Source of the DNA: Trichoplax adhaerens | Lineage: Eukaryota; Animalia; Placozoa | Length of the DNA stretch: 64,000 nucleotides | Direction: 5' to 3' | Assembly: GCF_000150275.1 (NCBI RefSeq) | Contig: NW_002060945.1 | Span: 1,003,872-1,067,871, forward strand | Part shown: piece after piece, positions 44,958 to 57,381 of the stretch | How the letters are laid out: every line of letters starts with the position of its first letter | How positions within the stretch are numbered: the first letter of the stretch is position 1 | Position numbers and translations under genes: made by a program | The notes under the pieces: generated by a model | What the model saw: only the letters and a program-made list of their open reading frames with translations | What the model was told of the DNA's origin: nothing | Databases searched by the model: none

Positions 44958-45432
44958 CCCGTTGAAATCTTATATCACTGTTTTCTGAATCACTCGTATT
45001 AATTTCATTTAAATAGCATTTATGGTCTAATTTACTGCTTCCAAGCAGAGCTTAGCAATACTTAATACATCACAATGTGATATTACTTCATTCATTTAAA
45101 AAAATCAGTCAATTCACAATCGACTGTCTGCATACTAAAGTACTGTCACAACGAAGAAGTATTGGGCTGAATGAGGCCAAAAATATCCGTCCGTCCAATA
45201 AAGTGTTCAATGTTCAGTCCCGCCCAAGTATTCTTCTTCTAGTGGTCTATGGCTATGCAGTCGATGTGCGCAGATTCTTGTCAAGTCTCCAGAGAAACAC
45301 TTACTGTAAACCTGCTCAGCAGTTGGCCATGGAGGATATGGTTTAAATTACTGGCATCCATTTTGATTCTATTTGTACCCATCCTACCGGTATATTGGCA
45401 GAATTTGCCTACTGCAGCTTCCTACTGATTCA

Positions 45433-48400
45433 ATGGAAGGGGTCAATCTTCGTCAACGAAATTCACGCCCTTTAGATGAGCTAACCAAAAAGAAATCTAC
45501 CTCTGGCGAGGGAGGTGAGCTACTCAATCACCGGCATGTGTAGAAATCTTTCCTCCTTTTTTTTGTCTCCTAGTTAATCTGCTTATTACACAGAAATTGA
45601 CACTATCCAATTGGATCGAGTAGTACATAGAGTTGATCACTGATTCGCACGATTATCACCGTAGCCATGAGTTTACATAATCATTACAATGTTTTTATAA
45701 ATGGAAATTTGGTTTCGTTAAGGATATAGTCATTGAATACATTAGTCATCCTTGCATTTCCTGTTTTATAAACTTGACTCTCGCCCAATTGTCCACTATT
45801 CCCATGCAGAAAGAAAGACATTCCATTTATAGCATAATACGGAACATAGCCGCCATATACAAGCTAAAAAAATGATACAATACAGACAGTATGTATACTA
45901 CAGTACATCCTTCATGAATTGGGATATTGTCCAGTATCCAAGGTATTATAATGCGATAAATCTTCATCAATCTTTAGTCAAACAATTTAAACTGTTCGCA
46001 ATCTATTGTTATCGATGATTCGTATCTACTGTAGTAATTCATGTCATTCTAGAATAGAAATAAGGAGTAGTTCAATCAAGTGTAAATTGATTGATGAACT
46101 TATTACACTTGTAGGGACACTAGAGATATTATGGAGACATTGACTTCCGTCATCGAGTAGGCTACGATAGGAATAAACTAATAGTCTCTCGATATTGTAG
46201 ATATCGCTGCTAATGATAGATAGTACAAAAACGTGCGATTCTCCATCAACACATGGACCATGAATTTATTCAGGGCGTCCATTCTTTTTATGAACATTAC
46301 AGACATAGTGTGTACATCTACTTCCATCATCGAGTAGGCTACGATAGAAATAAAGTAATATCCTCTCTAGAGTGTACACGTCGCTATCAATGACAGTACA
46401 AAAACGTACGATTCGACATTAATACGTCGACAATAAATTCGATCAAGATAAATCAGTTAATCTTTTATCAATTGTAGATTAATCATCAAAAAAAGAAAGG
46501 ATTCTAGAATCGCCTAAACGACAAAATTTTATAGTAGTATTTGAGGAATGTCGATATTATTTTTCAACGGAATGATGGCCGCATTATACTGTACATTGCA
46601 GTATAATCTGTTTGATGGACTTGCAGTATACGTGTGTATATATATACACATATGGCAAAAATGAATCATCGCTGAAAATGATGATATAACACAGTGTTGT
46701 TTACAATACAATTACTTGTGATTGCAAATCACGCTAGACTTTGTGGTTGTCCTAAAACTGTAAAATCAAAGTCATTGGATAAAATGCCGCTCAAGGAGTT
46801 TACATAAGCTATAAACACCAATCGAGCAAACTTGGACAAATAAATACCGCTGTAGGGCAACTTTTGTCATCCTACGCATTATCAGCAATCTGCAATAACG
46901 AATGCCTTGCTAAAAGATAGAAGAGATACGCACTGTAGATAGAACTGTAATTTTAGACTATTGCTTGCAGAGTTTCAGTAATTGATCTTACTCATCTAAT
47001 TTTTCATCACCTTTTTCAACACTTTAGATAGAAAAAGTGCTCTATATCGCTTTACAACAGCAGGCAAATTGATCCTAACTGCTAATCTATGGTATAATGC
47101 AATTCCTACACAAAATTGCGATGTCTTAGTCACCTTTCCAGAGAAAGCAGATGATTATGATGTCATGTGGATTTACAATAGAATAACAAAAAGAGCTCCG
47201 CAATTACAAGTAACCGTACGCCGCCATGCTAATATTCCAGTATATGCCTTCTATATTACAGCAACCTTTGAGAATTTGCTACAAGCCGCTGAACAACTAA
47301 GTATGAGAAAACGACTCAAACAATCGCATGGTGGTGGTTGGAAAGAATTTAATTTAGAAGAATCTAAAATGTTTCTTAATATTGAAAACTCCAACGATTT
47401 CTTTACTACACGAGAACGTCAAACTATTGTCTTCAAAATGGTAGAAGAAATTCGAGCTGAACATGGGGATTCGGTCGGCAGACTTGTCTTGATTGAAGGA
47501 GAACCGATCGGTAAACTAAGTGTTATTTCATTCATTATCAACATACATGCTATTTTTGTCCTATTTATGCATTTACATATTATTAGCATTTTACACGTAC
47601 TCATAGAGTCAGTATCTCAATCAATCGTATACCTTTAGCAGTAAACTATGTACTAGACGCATACAAGATATTCTCATAAACCACTATCCTAAGTTTCCAA
47701 AATTTTATTTCCTAGTTCCCAAATGTTTATCTAAAGGCATTATAAAACAAATATTACCTCTCCATTCCAATACCGATTTAAAGAAACTTGAAAAGGATTG
47801 GGTACAAGCATTTTTACGGCCTCAACCGTTAGGTAAAACCAAAAATGTGCAACTATTGTCCTATTTATTGTCAGGAGTTGCTGTAACTATATACACCATA
47901 CTCTTGCTTTATACAACCTAAACGTTATAATTAATCCATAGGCTAAATAAAGTAAAATTAGTCAATATCATTTACAATAATAAAGACCTATGCCACCAAG
48001 CAAACAATAATAAACCCGGTGTATTTCTTTCACATATCCATTATAGATGAAATTAGCTCCTACTTTGGTGTTAAAATTGCCATGTACTTCGGCTGGTTGG
48101 GTTTTTATACAAGATCATTAATAATACCAGCTATGATTGGTCTCTTATTCTATTTATTCGATACCGGTGATGCACTTTCACAAGTTATTTTTGCTGTATT
48201 TAACATTATATGGGGTACAGTATTCTTGGAAGCCTGGAAAAGAAAAAGTCAAGAATACGCATATCGTTTTGGAACTTTAGATCTTCCTAACAATTTAGTC
48301 ACAGAACCGAGGCCTTTATACCGGGTATTATAAAAATCTTCTGTAATTGAGGACATTTCCATTTTATAAGATAATTATACTAACCATGTTAGTGTTACAA

Positions 48401-50561
48401 TTTAGAAACTGAAACACTCATATGAACACTGTAGTATCAAACGATTAACTGTACAATTTTGCGCTAGGGAGACTATCAGCCTAGTCCCGTTACCGGAAGA
48501 CTAGAACCTTACTTCCCTACTTGGAAACGAAGATTAATATACTGTGTCACCATTCCAGTTATATTATTTTGTATATCAGTGGTATTTGTGGTAATGCTTT
48601 TATGCTTTAAATTACAAGAATTTTTCAATGAACATGCACCTGCATGGACGGTCCATTTTCCTAAAATGTTATTAGCGTTATCAGTTTCTGTTATGGATGA
48701 CGTTTATAAAAAAATTGCAGTTAAATTAAATGATTGGGGTAAGAAATTTTCAAAACTATAATCATGTAATGATAATTTAATACTAAAAGTATAGATGTCC
48801 TCAAGTTACATAATGCCATCATTCGCCAGTGTTTTTCAATTTTACTAATTTCGGCCTTATTTCAATAGAAAATTATCGACTTGAAGAGACTTACGAGAAT
48901 CACCTAATTGTAAAACTGCTTTTGGTAAAGTAGATGATTGTACAGTAAAATCTTAATAACATCACCCTTAACTGATCTATCATTCTTTCATACTCTCCTT
49001 CTTAGTTTCAATCTGTCAATTCTTTCTTGTCGCTGTTTTATATTGCATTTTACTTGCAAGATTTCCGTCGATTAAAACAGGTTAGCTACTAACATACGAG
49101 ATAGATTACCATCTTCACATTTTATAGGATAATTATTGATGTAGCTTATCTCTATGAGCTACTGTAAACATTTCAAGTATTGCTACAATATACTTTCATC
49201 TTAATTAAATTTTAATCACTTAAAAGCAATTGGTAGCATTGCTTATTGTTCGTCAAATTATTGGTAACATCAAAGAAGCATTGGTGCCATATGTTATGCA
49301 AAAAATAAAGTTTTATCGAATGTCGAAAAAGATGGAAAAACTCGAACAGCAATTATTAGAGAAACATAACAAGGGAGGCGATGAAACTGAAGTAGAAGAT
49401 AAGACTATGCTTACGCAAGCTGAAGTAGAGTGCCAAATGAAAGAATACGAGGTACTCTATTAATCATTCGGTAATTGAATACAGATAGCGACTTTGTTTG
49501 AAGTACTGAGATTTCAATATCTCTCTACTCAACACTAGGACACCTTGGAAGATTATGCAGAAATGTTCATTCAATTTGGTTATGTTGTCCTTTTTTCATC
49601 CGCATTTCCACTTGCTGCGGTTTGTGCACTTCTTAATAATGTCATTGAAATAAGAAGTGATGCGTTCAAACTATGTAGCTCGTTTCAAAGACCATTTTCT
49701 CAAAGTGTTCGTGGAATCGGCGAGTGGCAGGTAGTAAACATGTACTAGATTTACGTATTACAAGATCATACCTTAATGCACCACAATTTTTCTACGATTT
49801 TCGATAGGACATCTTACATTTCTACTTAATTGTTAATTTAAAATTGTCACTAGTTCATATCGAGATCCAATTTAATTATTAAAATACGCGTATAATCATT
49901 AAAACACAGTGGCTATCTACATTGTTGCTAGTCAAACTAAATAGTAAAAATTTTTACTAGTTTGCTCTAGAATCAATGGGCAACGTTGCAGTAATGGTTA
50001 ATTGTGCATTACTTGCACTATCTGGTATCTTTCAAAAAATTTACCCCGGAATTACTCCTGTGGGAGTGGTAATGGTAACCATACTCCTTGAGGTGCTTAG
50101 TTATTGTTGTAAAAATGACCAGTTACAATTTTATGAATTAATATACGTAAGACATTATACGATCATACTAAGATGATTACTGTATGTCGTAATTTTTTTG
50201 TACTCCACTAGCATCTTGTCTTCGCGATCAAGATTTTGGTAGAGAAAGCAATTCCGGATGTCCCGGAATGGATTGAAACAGAATTGGCTAAATTAGAATA
50301 CAGAAGAAGGACTGCATACATGGTTATTATATTGTATACATTAATACGTATCATATATATGGTTTCTTGTAGCTCCTTAACCAGTTTGATCGATAAATGA
50401 ATACCACAATGTACATTAATTTACTCGTATTTACCGTATTGTATCCTTATTACTAAAACATAAAATAGGAATCTCAAACGGCGAAGCGCCGCAGCAACTC
50501 ACCAGTAGTAAATGATGTACCCTCCGGAAATACCTCGGAAGAAGCTGGAGTACAACTATAG
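45433..50561 (+). CDS. ANO8: Anoctamin-8 (TMEM16H) homologue
   Basis: [17 protein letters not shown]...[13 protein letters not shown] is ANO8-type; [22 protein letters not shown]; [23 protein letters not shown]; [10 protein letters not shown]; stop TAG at 50559-50561. First exon MEGVNLRQR... splices in frame to 47029. Confidence 0.9.
46144..46440. repeat. Diverged direct repeat (~177-bp period) in ANO8 intron 1
   Basis: cttcc.tcatcgagtaggctacgatag.aataaa...agtacaaaaacgt.cgattc occurs at ~46144 and ~46321. Confidence 0.8.
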
Positions 50562-51318
50562 TTGTACTCCCGTCATCGTCAGCTTAATTTGATCATATTA
50601 ACTGCTTTCACAATTTTGAATTCATCACGTTCGGCTCAGAATTCCGTGTGTTTTACTTTATTTCGTAATTATCCAAACTGAGCACAACAAGCTAGTCTAT
50701 TTTCAATATTTAAATTTTAATAGTACAAAATTACTACAAATAAATGGTGTCATAATCAACAGAGATTACATGCAATACTGTGTTAAAGGTAGCTTTAGAT
50801 GTACCGAAATTTTTATTTATTCAATGTTCTAAGTATAGATTCTACACTTACATATATTTGAAAAGGTAACGCATAAAGGGAATTTTTATAGCTGCTATAA
50901 GAATCGTCCATGATCCATCTTAATTTTTATCACACAAATTATTTTACACTCCACTCTGAGTATGGCAAGTATATACGCGTATTTTAGCAATCGATGGTTT
51001 ATGTTCAAGCCGGTTTATATTTACTAATTTATTCTTACTATCAATCATGGTAATAACAATAAATGTTGAAGGTTATATTATCAAATATTTACGCTGAACA
51101 GAGTGGTGTATTTAAGTATTAAATCATGCAATTATATTACAATTCTGTACCGGAGTTTGTTAGGTGAGTGATAAGTTATCTAGTGTATTGATTGATACTA
51201 CTAGCAAGAACAAATATCTCAAGGTAACCATCGCTCATTCATAATACTATTTCAGCATACGATTACTACACTGGAACATGTAATATTTTTATAAAACAAC
51301 ATGTAGCGATAGCTTATA

Positions 51319-54126
51319 TTAGTAGCAAGATTGCAGGAGATAACGTGTTACTCTATTACGCTTGAGGACAACTATCCTATCCGTATGCCGTAAGACAGTA
51401 ATAGCATTCTTTGTGCTAAGATCCATTTTAAGTTTTCCATTTTCACGAAGATCCTCATCGGTAATGAAAATGAAGCCTACAGAATTGAAAATTTCTATTA
51501 GCTTTAGAACATGATTATCGACTAGCTACCAACGTTTTACGCTTTTTAATATATATACACTACGTTTACGTACAATAAAATTAATAGTTATACTGTGATT
51601 GTATTATTTGTATACAGTATTTTCACAGAATGGATTTATTTATAACAGTTTCTTGCCTGCAGTTTCGTCACATTCGGCATCCTTGAATTTCTAATTTACG
51701 TAAAGGAAAAATGTCAAAGGCGTGGTATCACAAATATGCATCAATTAGTTAGCCTTCTACCAATCAGTCATTCATGTTTACCCTGAATTTAGCCAACGTT
51801 TGCTGATTCATAGCTGACTTTGGTTTATTTAAAATTTTATATTTAATACGTGCAACTTTTAGGAGATTTTCCAGTGTTGAATTAACAAATTTTAATGACA
51901 ATCGGCCCCTGATGTAGCTAAAGATTCGAATATCCGATACAAATCAATTAAAATATGACTAAAAAATCATAACTTGACCTAACAACAATACAGCAATTAC
52001 GAAAATCTTTTCAAGTACTAGCTAATTTGTTTTGTTCATATATCACCATAGCTTGCAATTGAAGCTACCCTAATTTGCCTTACTGTGGTATTGAATCCAA
52101 TTCTTCAGGGGTTACAAGTTCAATTGCAGGAAGAATGTCTTGTTTCTTGTTTACTTCAGTATTACATACTGGTATATTCGAAGCTGGCTCATCCTTTACG
52201 TTTTCTTTTTCATCCTCACACGTTGAACTATTGTATCAGTAGAAAGTGTTAAGCCTTTACTGAGCTGCAATTATGTTTAATAAGACTTAACGTAGTAAAT
52301 ATGAACATTATTATCAATTATGCTGCAACTCTTCCTACAGTACTACCTATGATGTATAAGTGATCCTGTTTTACTTAACGCTAAACTACTCTATTTTATT
52401 ATTCCATATCCTATAACCTTATGATGCAAATTATCATGTAATTAGTCTACAGTAAGTATAGCGTAGTTTTTTCGTCATTTTTTGCATTTCTTATTCTTTG
52501 CTCGGCACTATTCTACGTGATACTTTGCAGTATATCTAGAGATGCACAGATAGATGATGCTTATCCAACATTAAATCTACCCCGCATGTATTGCCTATAT
52601 GATAACGAGCTAATGATATGTACTATTGCCTGGATAGTATAAATATAAGGTACAGTATTTCTTTCTTTTAAAATCATACATTTGCCGAAATTAATTTTAC
52701 ATTCTATCATTCTAATACCCGATCCGTATATAAACAATTTTAATCCTTAAACAATATCTATTTTTTTAATTTTAATAAGCTAGGTAGAGCAGAAACCAAA
52801 AATCCATATGTATCAATATAAAGACAATAATGTACGTCGCGGTCATTAGTTACAGTAGATACCTTACTGTCGATAGCCTTTCTAAAAGTTTAGCCGGTAC
52901 ATTGGCCTCTAGATGTTTGAAAGATTCCAAATTTGTCTTTAAATCTTGTTCTAATTTCTGTAATAGTGCGAATGTATACAATCAGTCCTATCATGTAAGC
53001 ACTTGACTTCAAAATATTAAATCTAGAAAGTCATATAAGTCACAAGACTACTTGAATCATGCAGTCTATATCTCAAAATACTAATTTCCGAATGTGATAA
53101 ATAATGGCCATCTATCGTAAATTTGCAGCGTAAGTGTATACTGTATACGTTAGGTGTTCATCTATCTTAAAATAATCTACTAAATACTCCACAAGTTGTT
53201 CAATTCGATATTAGAGGAGTAAATGCAAACCAGAGCTTGGTTAATAATTTCTAATTTACCGTGTTTACAAAATGGAGAAAAATAATCATCATGATCATTA
53301 TACGAGTATTATTAACCTTGGCTTCTCCAATTGCATCTTTTTCACGCTGGATACATTGACTAAATTGCTGCAATAGTTGATCAATCTTATCCAATTCATG
53401 GCTTACTAACTTTAACTCTTGAAGGATCTTATCTTTATTGGCACCTAAAAAATAATTAAATATATTACGATTCTCTTTTTAACTCTATTTGATCCAAATA
53501 CATCATGCACTCTAGTAATCGAATACATCGTACGATTCTGTACTCTAAGAATACAAGTTAACATGTTCTTTCTCATCAACATTGCACTGTCAGGGGCTAA
53601 ATCTACGTTGATCGTTAATATGTAAGGGACAGTGAAATACGAGTACAGTACTGAGATGTAGTAAGAGAATCGCCATCATCATGTCGTACTGTATTTCTGT
53701 GTCTATAGCAGTAGGACACCGCCGCGTCTAACATGTTGCTCCGTTTCATCAAGTACCACTATAAAATCTATCTTGTCCAGTTATACAATCCAATAAACAG
53801 CATGGAGACCACAAAGGTGAGAATAAAATATAACTTGGAGTAAACACAGATAGTATCCCTAGTAAGAGATCATTTTCTACATCCGTAGATAGCTAATTGA
53901 ACTAGACGATGTGGAGGAAAATGGTTTAACGGTACATAAATAAAGCTAAATAATTTTTTCAATCGTGGAGAAGACGCAACAGCTATTTCCTAAGAGAAAA
54001 TATCTTCATCTCCTTCCACAAATACTCACCCTTTGAATCTTGGCTATGATTTAGATACGCCAATACTCTTAAATGTTCATCTTTAGCTTGAAAATAACTG
54101 GTTAACTGAGAAAGAGCATTGGCCAT
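51319..54126 (-). CDS. SKA1: Spindle and kinetochore-associated protein 1 (missed by the ORF track because its exons are short)
   Basis: Spliced product MANALSQLTSYFQAKDEHL...HLEANVP...IELVTPEELDSIPQ|YIRGRLSL...KYKILNKPKSAMN...FITDEDL...TVLRHTDRI...VTRYLL matches the SKA1 C-terminal microtubule-binding domain. Confidence 0.85.
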
Positions 54127-54689
54127 TTCCGTATTTTCGATTCGATAGGCTTATTTAACGAAATTAAGAACGAATCAATCAATCTTCCGATGTTACCTTC
54201 AATTTCAGATCAAGATATCAAAGAAACCAGCACAGTATTTACTCGATTGACTTAAGACTAAGCAACGATGGTAATATCATGTCATGGGATCAGTATATAT
54301 CGATCGGGGGAATTATCCAGATTTTTATTTACAAAATGCTGTCTCTAATGGAGGAAAAAACTGCTTCCTACTGCCACTTTGATGCTTGCTCAGCTACTAC
54401 GTTTGGTGCTAGGTGCTACTATACCGATACAGTACTCTCCAGTCATATCAACTTCTAGCAATAAACAGCGAAAAGGGTTCCTGTATCACTTTCTTGTAAC
54501 AGCAAGACCGCGAATTTTTGAAAATCACGTGATCGGCACCGGGTGGATGGGCGGACAGCCTCATCTCGTCCTAGTTCGGTTGCAAACACTTGGATTCATT
54601 ATGAGGTCAGTATGGGAAATGCTCGTCTCCGAATTTGACTTCCTTTTCTAAAGAAATACTATACGAAATCTCTTCCATTTTATTACTCT

Positions 54690-55540
54690 TTAGCTCCCAA
54701 GCTATACAGTACTACAGCCATTATGTAGTGATAGTCCAGAAATCGACTAAAAAGGTCGCAAAAGTAACAACAAACTTAAATAGATATTGCGTCTTGAGTC
54801 ATCGTACAACCATTTATAGCTCACAGCTGGTCGGATGTACAGTACTATACTACAGCAATGATGCAGTGATAGTCCAGAAATCGACTAAAAAAGGTCGCAA
54901 AAGTAGAAGAAACTTAAATAGATATTGCGTCTTGAGTCATCGTACAACCATTTATAGCTCACAGCTGGTCGGATGTACAGTACTATACTACAGCAATGAT
55001 GCAGTGATAGTCCAGAAATCGACTAAAAAAGGTCGCAAAAGTACAACAAACTTACATAGATATTGCGTCTTGAGTCATCGTACAACCATTTATAGCTCAC
55101 AGCTGGTCGGATGTACAGTACTATACTACAACTATTATGCAGTGATAGTCCAGAAATCGACTAAAAAAGGTCGCAAAAGTAGAAGAAACTTAAATAGATA
55201 TTGCGTCTTGAGTCATCGTACAACCATTTATAGCTCACAGCTGGTCGGATGTACATGTACTATACTACAGCTATTATGCAGCGATAGTCCAGAAATCGAC
55301 TAAAAAAGGTCGCAAAAGTACAACAAACTTAAATAGATATTGCGTCTTGAGTCATCGTACTACCATTTATAGCTCACAGCTGGTCGGATGTACAGTACTA
55401 TACTACAACTATTATGCAGTGATAGTCCAGAAATCGACTAAAAAAGGTCGCAAAAGTAGAAGAAACTTAAATAGATATTGCGTCTTGAGTCATCGTACTA
55501 CCATTTATAGCTCACAGCTGGTTGGATGTATAGTACTGTT
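54690..55540. repeat. 138-bp minisatellite, 6 copies plus a partial, with alternating (dimeric) variants
   Basis: Unit starts at 54728, 54866, 55004, 55142, 55281 and 55419. Confidence 0.97.
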
Positions 55541-57381
55541 ATTCCTTACAATTGGTTATATTGCGGTATTATACTGTAAGGTGATACCACCACGTGACTA
55601 CCTTATAGACTTGTTATTACCATGGATACCATACCGTAGCAGCTAATTCTGATGTCAATCGTAGACAATATACAGTAGTATACAAGTCTAGTTGCAGATA
55701 TGCGATGCAGCTGAAATCAACCGGTAAAATAATCGGCCTGCACATTTTTAGTATAGTGAACGACCGCTTTCCATAAAATTTTTAGGCTTTGCAAATGTAT
55801 ATTTTACCCAAAGATAGCTGACTGTAGCAGATAGTTAACAGGTAGTGTACAGGAGAGACTACTTAGCACTTTCTAACACTATAACAAAACAACACGAAAA
55901 CATTCGCCATTGACCTAAATAATGTGACAGTAGTTATCGCAAAATAGTTTAACTGTCGAGAATCTCCTTCATGTTCACATTAACCTTAATTCAATAGAGT
56001 CGCACCTTAATTAAAGGACTGTCAATAAATGTTGTCATAGCCATGGCTAATATAGTATTATAGAAGGAAATGTTGGCTTTTCCGTCAGTCCAATTATTGC
56101 TCAAGCAGAGATTAATATCTTGTGATTTTAAACTTAGGGTAGTATCTTAACTACGAGAAAGATGTAAACCAGAGTCCTCCAATGGAGCGAAAACGCAATT
56201 CGAACCCGATCAAATTGGTCATTTTCTAACCCGAAATGAGTACAATCGCGATAAAAACACTGTATCACCACAGAGATTCTTAACCCGAATCCCGCCCTCG
56301 AGTCAGGTTCAAGTCGGGTTTCGGATTGACTTTGCAGGATACTGATGTGAATCTTTCAAATGAAAGCATGATCTACAATATGGGATGATGTTGATGGCTC
56401 TTATCCTTCTAAGCTACCTCACATAATCGAGACTGTTGCATTTTTTTTTTTCAATGCCATCACTCAATCTGCAACTTACTATATCAATTCAATATTGTCA
56501 GGAAAAATAAGTACTAAAAAGAAAACAGTCCTTTGATTCCGTGAATGACAGCTATAGACTCCCTCTACAACAACAATATAGTACGGTAGTTATCCCATGC
56601 TTCAGGGCTAGCATTGGGCTGCGCTGTTTACTTGCATGGCCTGATAGAATCGTTGGAGAAATGCCTTTTCCTTATGAACGCTACGTAGCATAAGTACAAA
56701 CTTGGGAGTTTCTACTATCTACTTTCGATACTATTGTTGGTAAATCAACCAACAAATGATGCAGTTCCGTAAACAACTCGAGATTATTCTAAGGTGGACT
56801 TTAAATCTTCAACACGTTGTGTATGTAACATGCATTATGCAGCGGACTCAAATTGAAGAACTGATATAGCAGTTCAACTACATGATCGGTATGAAAACTT
56901 CCTAGGAAGAAAAAAAGGGGTGCTACCCATGATGTTCGCATGGCAGGTGTGGTAAATGCTAACCAAATCAAATAATTTACTACTATATTCAGTACTGTAC
57001 AACATAAGAGTTTGATCTTTATAACATCGTATCAGGCCTCCATGTCCACTCCACCCTCTTAGTATCAATTGCTGTATTTCAATTCTAAACTCTATTCCTG
57101 GACTACAATCCTATCCATTCGTTAAATAAATAAATAATTCGGAAACGGCGTTCTATTTCTAAGTATTCAATCATAAATTGTATTCGATACATATACTCGC
57201 ACATATAATAATCTTCGACGTAGAATAAAATACTTAAATTGAAATACGCGTAAAAGAAATCGTACTGTGGAAAAACGAAGCGTAACTTTCCAAACTGGAT
57301 TGTTATATTCAGTACTGTGGTATACGTAACAACTTATAAGTATCAAATTATTCCATCCTTAAAAAAAAGCTGGTCACGAAA

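Noticed and set aside
44805-45002. 65-aa ORF over the hairpin
   Set aside because: Open only because of the GC-rich palindrome.
54690-55540. Possible CRISPR array
   Set aside because: Units are near-identical over their full length with no unique spacers, there are no cas genes, and the context is eukaryotic.
54635-55646. 222-aa and 99-aa ORFs with 46-aa repeats
   Set aside because: By-products of the 138-bp (3n) tandem unit; non-ATG starts, and the frame is broken by a 1-nt insertion.
56190-56335. aacccga/tcgggtt motifs suggesting transposon subterminal repeats upstream of the STAND gene
   Set aside because: No clear terminal inverted repeat pair or target-site duplication, and no matching end found downstream of the ORF.
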